Origin: Octopus sinensis
Lineage: Eukaryota
Reading direction: 5' to 3'
DNA length: 64,000 nt
NCBI RefSeq assembly: GCF_006345805.1
Contig: NC_042998.1
Coordinates: forward strand, 193,564,001-193,628,000
The notes beneath the pieces are model-generated. The model was not told the DNA's origin and ran no database searches. It saw only the letters and a program-made list of their open reading frames with translations. A program made the translations under genes and the position numbers. This document shows positions 39,007-52,075 of the stretch, piece by piece. The first letter of the stretch is position 1; every line of letters starts with the position of its first letter.

Positions 39007-39433
39007 GGCGGCGAGCTGTCAGAAATGTTAGCATGCCGGGCGAAATGCTTAACGGTATTTCGTCTGCCGTTACGTTCTGAGTTCATATTCCGCCGAGGTC
39101 GACTTTACGCACCAGTTACGCACTTGGGTCGATATAATCGATTTAATCCGTTTGTCTGTCCTTGTTTGTCCCCTCTGGGCTTAGCCCCTTGTGGGTAGTA
39201 AAGAAATATATTTTTTTTTTCAGTTCAACAGGGCGGCGAGCTGGCAGGAACGTTAGCACGCCGGGCGAAATGCGTAGCCGTATTTCGTCTGCCGTTACGT
39301 TCTGAGTTCAAATTCCGCCGAGGTCGACTTTACGCACCAGTTACGCACTGGGGTCGATATAATCGACTTAATCCGTTTGTCTGTCCTTGTCTGTCTCCTC
39401 TGTGTTTAGCCCCTTGTGGGTAGTAAAGAAATA
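39007..39433 (+). mobile_element. Head-to-tail dimer of two complete family-2 SINEs sharing one core deletion
   Basis: The 15-bp TSD ggtataacagcagat (38992-39006 and 39434-39448) encloses both monomers. Confidence 0.92.
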
Positions 39434-40304
39434 GGTATAACAGCAGATTTGAAAACTGATTCGCGGCACTTGACGGTGAGTTCAGTTCTAACATATGGAA
39501 ACAACTGGTAATTGAGCTAATAAATGAACCTCAGTAGGGGTTATTTTACCAGTTAGAAATAACTGACCTCATTTTAAACAACAACAACAATAGCAACTAA
39601 TATGAATGAAGTGATGTCTTCTCTGCGAAACTAGACTTATGAATCATTCCAGCAGACCACAGAAGTCTGTTAAATGTGAATTAGTAAAATATATCTAAAA
39701 CCACTCACACATTTAGTTTAATATAGACCATATATAACTATTAATGTATAAAAGAAATACATTTATATGTACGCTTGTTTCTGCACAAATGCAAGCCCAT
39801 AAAATTCACATTAAAATTATATTCTGTTAGTGAAGTAAAATGGCCATAAAATAAAATATCTCCGACAAATAACCAACGTTTATAGCTTTGTGTTTGTTTT
39901 GTCTCCTGGAAACAACATTAAGTTTGCACATAGACACTTAGTAAATCTACAGAATCAATGCTGTTATGTCAACGTATATAACGTGGGTAGGACCTTAATA
40001 GGTAGGACTTTAACACTTCAAAATTAAAATGATACAAATTGCTAATTTTATTAGTTTTAACATTAAACTACTTTCTTAAAGGGACAATAGAAGTATTAAA
40101 TAAGAATACATAAATTTGGCTTATAAAAGCTATTACTTTATTGCTTGAAGTTTCTTTTGTGAACTTTTGGAACATATGGTTTGTCTACAGTTTTTTTTTT
40201 CTTTTTGGTTATCTAATTGTAGGTTATACAAAATAAATATAGTGAAATTGTTATCAATGTTATTGAAACTTAAGTAGTTAAATATATTTTTTTCAGTTCA
40301 ACAG

Positions 40305-40532
40305 GGCGGGGAGCTGGCAGAAACGTTAGCACGCCGGGCGAAATGCGTAGCCGTATTTCGTCTGCCGTTACGTTCTGAGTTCAAATTTCGCCGAGGTCGA
40401 CTTCGCCTTTCATCCTTCCGGAGTCGATAAATTAAGTACCAGTTACGCACTGGGGTTGATGTAATCGATTTAATCCCTTTGTCTGTCCTTCTTTGTCCCT
40501 TCTATGTTTAGCCCCTTGTGGGCAGTAAAGGA
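40305..40532 (+). mobile_element. tRNA-SINE family 2 monomer
   Basis: Flanked by the TSD-like atatatttt(ttt)cagttca. Confidence 0.92.
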
Positions 40533-41088
40533 ATATATATTTTTCAGTTCATATTTTAATGGACAAAGAAGAATATTCGTCAGAATATAAAGGATAATCA
40601 ACGAGAATTAGAACATTTACGACAGACATTATGGAGTAAAGTTTGAAGTTCACTCTATTGACGAAATATGTCATAGAAAATGTGTTGTATGACCGAACTG
40701 CATTTAAAATAAATCATTTCTTTCATATTTAATGTAACCGTTTATATGGTTACGTATATGGACAAGAAGTTCGCTTTGCAGCAATGAAATTCTGGGTTCA
40801 ATCTCAGTGTGTGGCATCTTGGGCGAGTGTTCTTTACTAGAGCCTCGCTTGTGAGTGAAACCGCATATAGGGAAACTGTGCTGAAACCTGTCGGATGGAC
40901 TATACCACTTGTTCAATGAAAGTCTTGACGCGCCCCACTGACTCTGTCCGACAATTACAATAAGTTTACACGTGTTTGTTAAATAATCAATCAAGTACAC
41001 AATAATTCGATGAGCAGATACGTGACCCCACAACAAAACTGTCATCGCCAAAGCCGACGAAGCTCCATTATTATATTATTCCTATTTG

Positions 41089-41587
41089 GGATCTTTCGCT
41101 TTGACCGGCAGATTTTAAAAATAATTTATTTGTAACTAAACACTTTTAAACTTCGTATACTGGTAGTGTGTTACATAAAACATCTTTTTCTCTTGGCTTT
41201 CTTGAGAAAATTCTGTAGTTTGTAAGCTATTTGTTGTTTAATTTCTTGCATTTCGGCAATTTCAACCAATCAATAACGTCTATTGAGGTGAATACAATTT
41301 CTGCCGTAACATTTTCTGGCGGTGTCATATCAATGTGTCACTGTTATTTATGACATATTTCATATCAGTTACGTTCGTATGAATAAAATATTATTGTTAT
41401 TATCGTTGGCTGAAATTGCCGAAATGTAAGAAATTAAACAACAAATAGCTTACAAACTACAGAATTTTCTCAAGAAAGCCAAGAGGAAAAGATGTTTTAT
41501 GTAACACACTACCAGTATACGCAGTTTAAAAGTGTTTAGTTACCAAGAAATTATTTTAAAAATCTGCCGGTCAAAGCGAAAAGATCC
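41089..41587. mobile_element. MITE with inverted arms of about 190 bp and an 8-bp TSD
   Basis: ggatcttt(t)cgctttgaccggcag ... ctgccggtcaaagcgaaaagatcc, with flanks cctatttg/tctatttg. Confidence 0.9.
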
Positions 41588-41926
41588 TCTATTTGTAGTC
41601 TTCTTACACTTTAATTTTTTTTTTTCACAGACGCCTTATAATCCGATGAAAACTCTAAAATATGTGGCGAAAGCGAGAAACGGATAGAGACGTTCTGTTT
41701 CGCGCGACTTCTTCGCGAATGTCTAATAACATTAACCGTTACATGAAATTTATAAAAGAAAATACGTTTGTATCCTGCAAGGAGAGTGGAATTAAGTCAT
41801 TGGACAAAATGCCTTGAGACATTGATTCCAGTTCTTTAGAATCTAGGTTAACTTGCGACAGCATTGGTGTCATGCTGTGTCACATTTCCTTAGAACAAAA
41901 TCAATGGCTTGGAGAAGGAAATATTT

Positions 41927-42340
41927 GGATCTTTTCGGTTTGAACGGCAGTTTTTAACATAATTTCTAGGTAACTAAAAAATTTTAAACTTCGTATACTG
42001 GTAGAATGTGTTCATAAAACATCTTTTTCTCTTGGCTTTATTGAGAAAATTCTATAGTTTGTAAGATATTTGCTGTTTTTTTCTTCAATTTCTGCAATTT
42101 CAACCAATCACTGACATCCATTGAGGTAAAGAACATTCTGTGCCGTATGAATATTCCCTCGTTTAAGAAACAGATTGGGTTTATTTACATTTGTGAAGAA
42201 AAAAAGATACCCTTCCCCCCACCCCTAACCCTAACCCTAAAACAGATTGAAATGCAATAGATCGATACTAGAGTCATAATTATGGGTGACAATTTCAGAT
42301 GACACCGCTAGAAAAACTACCGTTCAAACCGAAAAGATCC
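41927..42340. mobile_element. MITE with a 24-bp TIR GGATCTTTTCGGTTTGAACGGCAG and an 8-bp TSD
   Basis: Flanks aaatattt/aaattttt; internal (CCCTAA)3 at 42223-42240. Confidence 0.9.
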
Positions 42341-43056
42341 AAATTTTTTGCATAGGCAAGTTTTGGTCTTCCATTAGAAAACATTTATAATGAGACCTAT
42401 AATCTAGAGAGCTGCTGTCCAGGTGCGGACGTATGTTCAGACATTGACCAAATAAAACCTTAAGAGTAGGTAATAAAATGTCGTGGGAATTGCATGAAAT
42501 TCCTCACTTGCTAATTGTCCCCATGAAGGAAACAGCATGATACTCTTCAAAAATTTAATTGTGACGAGGTGAATCTATTTAAAGCAGTTTGTTACGAAAC
42601 AAATTAACCAAAAATTACCGAAAATGATTTTTAGGATTATATTTGGCAGAAATCCGATATTTTTGCGAAAATCCACCGATTTCTTTAATGCTTCTGATAT
42701 CAACAATGATGACTCTAAGATCTATGAATAAATGCTTGGTTATAGAAGAAAAGGTTGTCGTATATTCCTAGATTCTCAATGGATTTTAAATACGATATAT
42801 TTATGTTGACAGCGGGCCAAGCTATACTCACATAATCCCAGTGGATATCCGGAATAAAACAAATACGCCTGTTTAAATTCGTGTGTGTGTGTATCTGTAT
42901 GTGTGTGTGTATGTGTGTGTGCGTGTGTGTTTATGTGTATGTGTGCGTGTGCGTGTGTGCCTAGGTGTGTGTGACTATGTGTATTCCCCTCATGACGACA
43001 GTACCACGTCTGACTATATCTGCAAATATAATGTGTGCGCGCGTGTGTGTGTGTGC

Positions 43057-43116
<60 letters not shown>

Positions 43117-43196
43117 TGGTGATATAGACTGCTCAACTTTTTAGAGTGTCCTTCTACTCCGGATTTATGTTTTTCTAAAAACGATACACACACACA

Positions 43197-43247
<51 letters not shown>

Positions 43248-44057
43248 TTGAAAATATACTCACATAATCCCATTGGATATCTCGAATATAACAAATATGC
43301 TTGTTTGCATGTGTGTGTGTGTGCGTGTGTGTGTGTGTGTGTGTGTCTGTGTGTGTGTGTGTGTGCGTGACGATGTATACTCTCCGTCTCTTTTCCATTT
43401 GCTGATCATTTTCTTCCATTATTTCGAAAAAAGTATATATTTTGAATTCTTCATTTGCACAAATATCTAGATGTTCACTACTTGGAAAATTTCTTCGTAA
43501 ATGAAAATTTGATGTTTTTGTCTCTGTACTTAAATTTTGACCCTGCTTGGCACATTTAATTCTCATTGCATATTGGGCAGGTGACGCAGTGAATTGGTGT
43601 AGGGGTTGGAGGGACTGACCTTTTTAGTTAATTCACCCGTTCCCCAATGAAGGTCCCCATATCCTGTTACCTGCATTATTTTGTCCTTCTGATATGAAAT
43701 TCGCTTATGCTATGCGCCATTCTGTGGTTTAATATTCGGTGGTTGCTTTTGGCTTTTGATAATTTGTGACACTTGTAGTATTTTTCTGAGAAATGATAAT
43801 CGATCTCGAATTGGAGAATATCGCTTGGCTGAATATAAGATGTTATGGTTTCTTCGATTATTGATGACTAGAAATTGAATATTTGTAATCACATGCAGTG
43901 TTTTTGTCTTCACCATCATCGTGAGGATCTCCGCGTAAAACAGAGATTAATACTCCCTTGGTTTTGGTTATAGAATGCTTTGCAAAATTTTTCGGGTATT
44001 TTTGTTCCCGAAAGAATATTTTTTTTTTAATTCTACCAACCACCTGTCTTGTCTACT

Positions 44058-44336
44058 AAAGTCCGTAACTTTTTAACATACTATATTAAATAGTATATAA
44101 TAGTAAATAAACTTCACTGAAAATTAGATAGATATATTTGCGAAGTCGGGACAGATATCTGCGGCTGGCGGGCTTCTGCTACTCTAGACCAATGATGGAC
44201 AAAGATCCTGAAACATGCGTGTCTCTAGATACAGGCCTGGCTGCTGGGGGTGTTTGTCTCCCCTTCGTAAATATATATAGGACACAGGAAAAAATGTGTC
44301 GAAGCCATCAGGGCTAAACAGCGGTGGTGTAATCCC
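44058..44336 (+). mobile_element. 279-bp hammerhead-bearing insertion with 5-bp TSD ctact
   Basis: Removing it restores the PLE reading (..DSRQDRWLVEL..); ctact lies at 44053-57 and 44337-41. Confidence 0.7.
44183..44229 (+). ncRNA. Type I hammerhead motif with a degenerate CCAATGA core
   Basis: tctaga-CCAATGA-t-gga/caaaga/tcc-t-GAA-ACA[TGCG]TGT-C|tctaga: 6-bp stem I and a GUC triplet. Confidence 0.6.
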
Positions 44337-45214
44337 CTACTGTCACGTTAAATTGACAGTATACAACCATTCTATATTAAATAGATTCCTTTTTAATTTG
44401 GGATGGGTGGCTAAATGTAAAATCTGGAGTGTGTTCCTTGCAGTAAAGATCGGTTGTAACAATCTTATTATTTTTGATAATTACCAAAATGTTCACTGAA
44501 GGCAATCCCTTTCATTCATTTGCATAGTGAATTAAATCGATTCATGAACGCTTATGAATTTGAAGAACCTTGTAAGGTATTATTTACTTCTATTCCAAAA
44601 TATGAAGCAGTCATACTGGAATATTTCCAGTTTCCTTTTAAATAGTAATCCCAATTTGAGCATGCATTTTTTTTTTCTTTGGGGAAATTAATCACTAGTG
44701 TTGCAAGAGTAGGTGCAACTTCTGTACTTATGCCGTCCATAGTTGAAGGTCATATTGTTTGTCTTAGAAGTAGTTGTTTTCTAGCACCACTCGCAATTCT
44801 GGTATAATTCTTTTCAGAATCTCGCCTGAATTCTGTGTGGGTATTTGTCAAACCAAAATTCTACTACTTCCAATCTTTATCCGTGGAGGATATTTCTGTA
44901 GAGGCTGGTCGTGTCTAACCAGGATCATCTCTATATCAACACATTCTTGAACGTGGTTTCGTTTGCCCTTGTCACCTCTGATGAAGCTAGAAACCAATTA
45001 TCATAATGTTTTTAAAATAATAACAGTAAGTTTCTTAATCATTGGCTCCTGTAACAATTGGACGTAGTTTTAAATCAGACGGTTTTTGGAATCTTCACAT
45101 ATATAATAAGTAACAGTAGCACCGTGCCCTATGGGTCCGCCACATTTAGGTGTCAAATATACTTCATGATTCCGTGTTGCTACTGTTTACGTTTTGCTCA
45201 GAGATTTATTATTG

Positions 45215-45278
<64 letters not shown>

Positions 45279-46154
45279 ATCTATCTTTCTATCTATCAAT
45301 CTATCTATCTATCTACCTAAGCGTGTGTGTGGTGAGGAGAAATAATTAAAAACTTAAGTGATATCATGATATCTGGAGAGAAACACAGACACATTAACCT
45401 TATTAAAAACATGATTAGCTTCATGAAAACAAATCTAGCAAAGTTCCCCTGTCAGTTCATAATAGAAGCATTTTAGTTTAAAAATAACTAATTCAGTTCA
45501 CTTCGAGATTACTTCACAGAACATGTTATATGTAAGCAAGGCCTGCTTTACTTTTATTCTATGTTTAATAGTGTAATATTGAAACATTGCTAAATTCGAA
45601 GGACATATTTCTCCGTGAACTCTTTAAAGCTACCTTGCATGACGAAATCTCGCGGCCTAGTTGTTAGAGTGTTCGACTCATAACCATAAAGTTGTTGGTT
45701 CAATTACTGGACAGGACGGTGCTTGAGTTTTGTGGCCAGGAATTTCATTACATTTTGCTCCGGTGTACTCTGTGTGATGAGTGCCAACCAGTTACAGCTA
45801 CAGGCCTCTCAACCTCTAGCTTTCATGGCTTGGTCAAAGATGTGCCGAGACGATGTCTATATCTGATCGAGACTACATAGACATAAAGCACGTTTCATAT
45901 TATCACGCTACGCTCGCTCGTTGTGGCACTTGGCTCTACAGTAGTTACCTTGCATCCAAGGTCATTCAGCCTCTTCACAAAACGGAGCTAATTCATATAA
46001 TGCGCAATGATCTGTTTGTCATGTATACATATATACGCATATGCGAGCATATATATGCACATGTATGTATGATGTATGTTCTCTTTAATTTAGAATAAAT
46101 TTTAACCAGCCCCATACTTAGCCGCAAAATTGTGAAGAAAAACATCCTGTCTTA

Positions 46155-46400
46155 CCTTTATCCTTTAAATCTTAAAAAGGTTTTGCAAATTTTTGTAGCC
46201 CCAAGTATCGTGGTTACTTGTAGCGTATGAATTAAGGACTTGCCTTGTCTTCTCAGGATCCCAAGTTCAGCCATATTTAGCTCCAGATGCCTCGGTATGT
46301 ACCCTGTTGCTTCAATAATAATAATAGGCATGAATCTGACAATATATCTTGGGTACTGGATTTGCAAGCTCTGTACCAATGGTTCATAGAAGTCATCTTT
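46155..46400 (-). mobile_element. R4-clade LINE 3' fragment (family A-like)
   Basis: LQIQYPRYIVRFMPIIIIEATGYIP..LQVTTILGATKICKTFLRFKG*. Confidence 0.8.
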
Positions 46401-46406
46401 CTAATG

Positions 46407-46455
<49 letters not shown>

Positions 46456-46456
<1 letters not shown>

Positions 46457-46609
46457 CATAAATATAAGGAGGGAACCACTATGTGGAAACCCTTACGCTA
46501 GAAAGATATCCGCTATGGTCTCAACCACTAAGAATGTTCTCCATAGCAGATTTCTTTCTAGCCTTAGGGTTTCCACATAGTGGTTAAAAAAATTCTCTTA
46601 TATTTATGT
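46456..46609. repeat. Fold-back hairpin with arms of about 65 bp next to (TA)n
   Basis: acataaatataag..aaccactatgtggaaaccct..gctagaaaga..gctatgg pairs with ccatagc..tctttctagc..agggtttccacatagtggtt..cttatatttatgt. Confidence 0.9.
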
Positions 46610-46712
46610 ATAAAATACTATTTACTGAATCTCAGTTTTTTATATGCTAGACCTCTGGTGTTAAATTGATGTTATAAAATTAATATCCAATATTTAACCC
46701 TCATTTTGATTT

Positions 46713-46771
<59 letters not shown>

Positions 46772-48385
46772 CAAAATATATGAGGACGTGAGAAAGAGAG
46801 ACGAGAGGAAAGGGCGAGGAAGCGCGTGTTCGAGTAGTCTAAATCTAGATAGATCCGAGGCGAATAATCCACTATAATATTGATAGACATACCACTGAGT
46901 AGGCTACCAAAGGTTGTGTGTTTATGAGAGACTTTCTGTTATACATTCGCTTGGCCTTTCTTTTGATTAGATTCAAAATGTCTATGAGGTACAAAATCAA
47001 CTTTCTAAACGAGGTTGCAGTCCTCCATTATGAAACTCGGTTAGGCTCTCTAGAATGTTAGTAGATTTAGTAGATATAGGTAAGGTAGATGAAGCAATCT
47101 CTAGCATCGAAGAATGAACACTAGTTTCTTTTATACTGTCATCGCCATATGTAACTCTTTCCTGATAATCTTTTAATTAAAACATGTCATAATTATGTTT
47201 TCTTATTTAAAAAGTGAGAAGGATAACCTAATCAGTCAAAATTTCTTTTATTTCTAAAAAATTAAAGGTGAATATCAATTTTTTGAAATAAAATAAATTA
47301 GTAAAAGTAAAATAAATATAGCAGTATTTGGTCGACTGAGTGTCATTTGATAACCAAAATAATCCCTTTGTTTTTGGTTTTTGTTGTTGTTTTTTTCTGC
47401 TACATTAGCTGATACCGAAAAAAATATAATACTCTGAACGTCCTCCACCAAGACAACCTGGAATGTTGAAACAATACGTTTAAACATTGTGTCACTTCAA
47501 TAACAATTTTCATTATTGTCTTAATCTGAATGGGTTTTGTTTTTATTTTGCTTATTGTATTTTTGTATGGAGTGGAAATGGTAATATTCTCATGAATTCT
47601 TTATTTCAGTTCTTATCCAAATCTTCTTTATATTTTCTACGTGTTTATTTTTTCAGTTACAAGCTCGAACTTTACAATTTTTGTAATTCTTTATTTTATT
47701 CAGGTGATGTTATTTTTTATGTCACGATCCAGAAATAAAGCAGCAAATGTCAGTTTCAATAATATCAAATAAATAAACAACCACAAACAGAATCAATCTT
47801 TTGAATGGTATTTGGTGCGTTCAGAAAGTAAGCTCAGAATTTCAATGCTGTTGTCGATGTAATCCATAAATCAACGTTGTAATGAAAGGCATTGCAGTCT
47901 TGAGCGCTCTTTATCATAGAAAATGGGTAGAGGGTATTTTAGTCCTTTGTTTTAGTTAGGAGGGGAGAACAGTGTCCATAACAGCTTTGTAGGGTCTCCG
48001 ACATTCATAGAAGGAAGAGATCTCCAAACGGGAAGTCTGTTTCAAATGTTAATGTCATCCAAGGATTAAGTGCCGATGTGAAATCGGGTGACAGAGTAAA
48101 TCTACCACCGGCATAGATGCAGTAGGATTTGAACAAGATTAGGAACAAATCCCATTAGGTAACCTACCTGGTGATCTAAAGACTCTGTCAGTTCCCTGTC
48201 CTAGACCGGTAAATCATTTTATTGATCCCAAGAAGGAGCCACAATAATTACTGCAAGGCATATCTTTCGACTTTCTAACGATTCAACCAATTCGAAATGT
48301 TCTCATAAAGCAGAAAACATACCGAATAAAATTAAGCCTAAGAGTGTGTAAACTTCAGCAGTTAATATATTTTTCCTCCCACACC

Positions 48386-48437
48386 GTCTCCGATGAAAGG
48401 ATATTATTAATTAATATCCTAGAAACAGCTGTAAGAC
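48386..48437 (+). ncRNA. Type I hammerhead motif with a CCGATGA core (U4C)
   Basis: gtct-CCGATGA-a-aggatatt/attaatt/aatatcct-a-GAA-ACAGCTGT-A|agac. Confidence 0.65.
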
Positions 48438-48644
48438 CTTATATCTATAAATGCTCTAATATCTATACATCCTTGGTTTTTTATCTCATTACGCAAAAAC
48501 ATTCCTATATACACACACTGACATAGAACCAACGTTGAACCCTTTATTCGCAATATTACCGAATCTGGAACTTAACTATGGTCTGTCTATAGCACTTATT
48601 CAGCATTACCTGATACTTTTGGGTCTCAATGGCACCATTATCTC

Positions 48645-48715
<71 letters not shown>

Positions 48716-49712
48716 GTGTGTGTGTGTGGTTACAGATAAATAATACGACAAAGTTCCACATATGTAGTTAGTACAATAGATAAATCACTTAAGAGTAGTT
48801 CTTGAAAGTGAAAATCAGAAATTAAACAGAAACGAATCATAGTGAACGAATCATAGTGACAAATATGCCGTTTATTGTATTTCTATTGAAATTAAGTTAG
48901 CAGGTAGTGTGCTCTTTCTTATAATAGTAATATTATATATTATTGTTCCTATCTGTTCACTTGCTAAGCAGCTGCAGTAAGTTAAGTACTAATGAGTTAG
49001 ATATAACAACCTAGAGCTATGTTTAAAGAACGCAGAAAAGCAAATGAAAAATCCTTCTAAAAAATTCTTTGAAAATCTGAAGTTATAGAATTTTTCCGGA
49101 GAATTGAGTTTAATTTTCATGTTAACAAGGCATAAAATCATTTATCTGAGATTGGGAGTAAAAACAAATTCAGAAATAGCTTATGCATATAAGAGGCAAT
49201 TAAGCACCTGTATTATTTAATGACCTGCAAAGATAATTTAACATTATTTCATTCATTACGCATAACTTGAGCTTCCTATTAATCTGTGAGGATTTTCGTT
49301 ATAAAAAGGTTAACCACTGAAATGATAAAAGGTTTTATCTTTTATAAAATATAAGAAAAGTAAATCAGTATTGACTAAGAATTCAACGGAGCATTTTATG
49401 TTCCATATTTCCTGGCAAAAAAGTAGTTTGTCCGAAACGCTGGATTTTCCATACCCCATGGCAAGTCCATTGTATTCTTCTGTCGATTTTATTAAACTAT
49501 ACAAGTCTCGCCGACGCAAACCAACGCCACTTAAGAGTTGATTGATCTACCTGTGTATTTATGTGTGTGCATTTGTATAACTGGGAAAATATCAGATTTT
49601 CAGCGGTTTTACTATTTTACTATTTTCGTTTCTCTTTTTGCTATTAATTCTATCACATTTACTTAAAGTACTTTATTAAGTACTTTTCTGATCTTTCTTT
49701 GCACAATGGTAT

Positions 49713-49788
<76 letters not shown>

Positions 49789-49906
49789 AATTAGAGATAA
49801 AACCACTATTAGGCAAATCATACAATGAAAAACTTGAGCCAATACATAAGATTGATTAATTTATATTATTTTAAATATATATCAAAATTATTAAAAAAGA
49901 TAATGA

Positions 49907-49948
<42 letters not shown>

Positions 49949-49950
<2 letters not shown>

Positions 49951-50333
49951 TAGCAGTATCGCCCGGCGTTGCTCAGGTTTGTAAGGGAAATAACTATAAA
50001 GCATTTTTAGAGAGTTATAGCCAAAAAATAGCAAAAAAATGGAAAAAATGAGGGTAAATTTTTTTTGAGATTTAAAAAAGGTAGAGTTGCGTCCCCTAGA
50101 CAGTTTGTGGTTCGTATTCCTGATTCTCGACCCCATGTCGAATTTATCGATTTTTTTCAGAACTGGGGGAACTTTTCAAAATTTTCGCTGCGTTAGTTTT
50201 GATTTATGACATTGGGCTATGTGTGTGTCAAGTTTCATCAGAATCGGTTGAAAGCCGTGGTCAGGGTGAGGGTACAAGCAAACAGACACACAGAAACACG
50301 CACAGACAAACTGCCGTTTATATAGAGAGAGAT
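49949..50333 (+). mobile_element. Non-autonomous Helitron-like (DINE-1/Lep1-type) short element
   Basis: Starts actagcagtatcgcccggcgttgctc, contains aagtttcatcagaatcggttg and a (CAGA)-type microsatellite, and ends tatatagagagagat. This architecture resembles DINE-1/Lep1 elements as I recall them. Confidence 0.65.
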
Positions 50334-50519
50334 ACCCTCCGGCTGCACCTCTCCTACCTACGGATCACTGTGGACTCTACTCTTGATGAAAAATATTTGC
50401 AACACACCACGACGTCAAAACGTTTGAACTTTACGTAAAACTGTTATTATTATTACTACTTAATGTTTATACTTTCTAAACTTTCCTGTATTTTCTGGTC
50501 TATAGATCGTTAGCCACTA

Positions 50520-50682
50520 CACACATTTTTTCTCTCTTGCTTTTTCTGTGTCCCTTTCTGTAGAAGAATGCAGGCTTGAAATGTAAAAGACTTTTTTTTT
50601 ATTCCTGAGCGTTATACTAATACATCTGTTTGTTTTGTACACCACTGTCTACGTCTTTTAATTTTTTTTTCGTAAACTCTCC

Positions 50683-50690
<8 letters not shown>
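50520..50690 (+). mobile_element. Penelope-like terminus with a degenerate hammerhead, running into (TA)n
   Basis: cttt-CTGTAGA-agaatgcaggctt-GAA-ATGT-A|aaag; the downstream ctgagcg..taatacat block is related to 53930-53955. Confidence 0.5.
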
Positions 50691-50743
<53 letters not shown>

Positions 50744-51636
50744 GCATATATATATATACATATATAATATATATAGGTAAATGTGTGAGTCTACGTAGCT
50801 GCTAACGGTATTCGTGTGGTGGGTGCGGGGGAATATTTGTAATGAAACTAAAACCATTAAGAATCCTTATCCACTACTCCTTAAAATTGTATTGCATTCA
50901 GTAAAAACCTTGTCTCTGCGTACTTGGTTTTTCTAAAGCTATATTTCATAACATATATTATTATACGCCTTTCATAATATCCTGTTCGACAAACCCATCA
51001 CAAAGCATTCCATCATTACACGGGCTATAATGACAAAATACATTTCAATTCAAATTTTCCATGCATTTTTCCAATCAAATTACAACTGATTACTGTATTT
51101 TATGCCATTCTATTCACATTGGAACTTGGCATGTAGAATAATGGAACCTGTGGTGGTTAAAAGAAATATCTTAGATGAATCCTGGAAAATTTTCTATAAT
51201 TTTCATTGGAAAATTTTGATTTATTTATCTGTTCATATTTTTATAGCTACTGAATCGGAAATATTAATTCGATTACATACGTTCTTTCTCTAAATTTAAA
51301 CACCTTTCAAGACAATTAGGCACGAGTGTACACTTCACTTAACCAGCTGCCGTAGCATGTCTTTGCAAGTGGAAAATACTTCTATTGTGTAGCTATATGA
51401 TCTATTGTATGTTCCAGCTATGAGAAGCTACTTGTCAGAAAATATTGCTCACTTCACTGTTTCCTGTGTCGGTACGACATTAAATATTAAAATGCATATG
51501 TCACCGTTTTCATCTCCCTTATAGAGACCTGCACAGACTCTCTCTCTCTCTCTCTTTCTCTCCCTCTCTCATGCACACACACACACACACATATATACTG
51601 TATATACATACATGTGTGTGTGTGTGTGTGTGTGTG

Positions 51637-52075
51637 TTAGATAAAAGGAGACAAAAAAGCCAAGGTAGTGTAGAATTGTCAGGACATTTATAAAGAGAAA
51701 GTTAGTCTTACGGCTGTTTCTGGGATATTAGGGATAGCCCTTTAACAAAAACGACGTGAGAGAGTTAAATAGGGAAAAATAGTAGAGTTCAATATAAGGA
51801 GTTATTTTGGAAAAGGATGGATATAGGGAGTATAAAGGGAAATAAGGGGATAAAATAAAAATAAAGATATATGTAGGATGTTATAGTTGCAGTTCCATTA
51901 TCCAAGGAAAGTGGTTTGTGTAGAAGTGGTAGAAGTGCTTCTTGTCCGTGGTATGTTAGTTCCGATAGGAGTTCATGAACTCCCAGAAACAGCTGTAAGA
52001 TTAATTTTCTCTTTATAGACGTTCTGAAAATTCCACACAGTCTTGGCTTTGTTGTCTCATTTTATTTAACATATA
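51637..52075. mobile_element. Divergent inverted pair of hammerhead-bearing Penelope-like termini
   Basis: Arms 51637-51755 (-) and 51956-52075 (+) align over about 120 bp, and both carry gaaacag[c]tgtaaga. Confidence 0.65.

Larger units (their letters stand above)
43370..44960 (-). mobile_element. Decayed Penelope-like element ORF (RT + GIY-YIG endonuclease)
   Basis: Across frameshifts: TSLYRNILHG..EFWFDKYP, ISTEVAPTLATLV, YDCFIFW, TTDLYCK, EQKYPK, IIKSQKQPPNIK, IHCVTCPICNE and SEHLDIC..FKIYTFF, in the order expected for Penelope/Poseidon ORFs. Confidence 0.82.

Noticed and set aside
44970-45000. CTGATGA-agcta-GAAAC
   Set aside because: The core words are canonical, but no consistent stem I or III with an NUH site could be formed.
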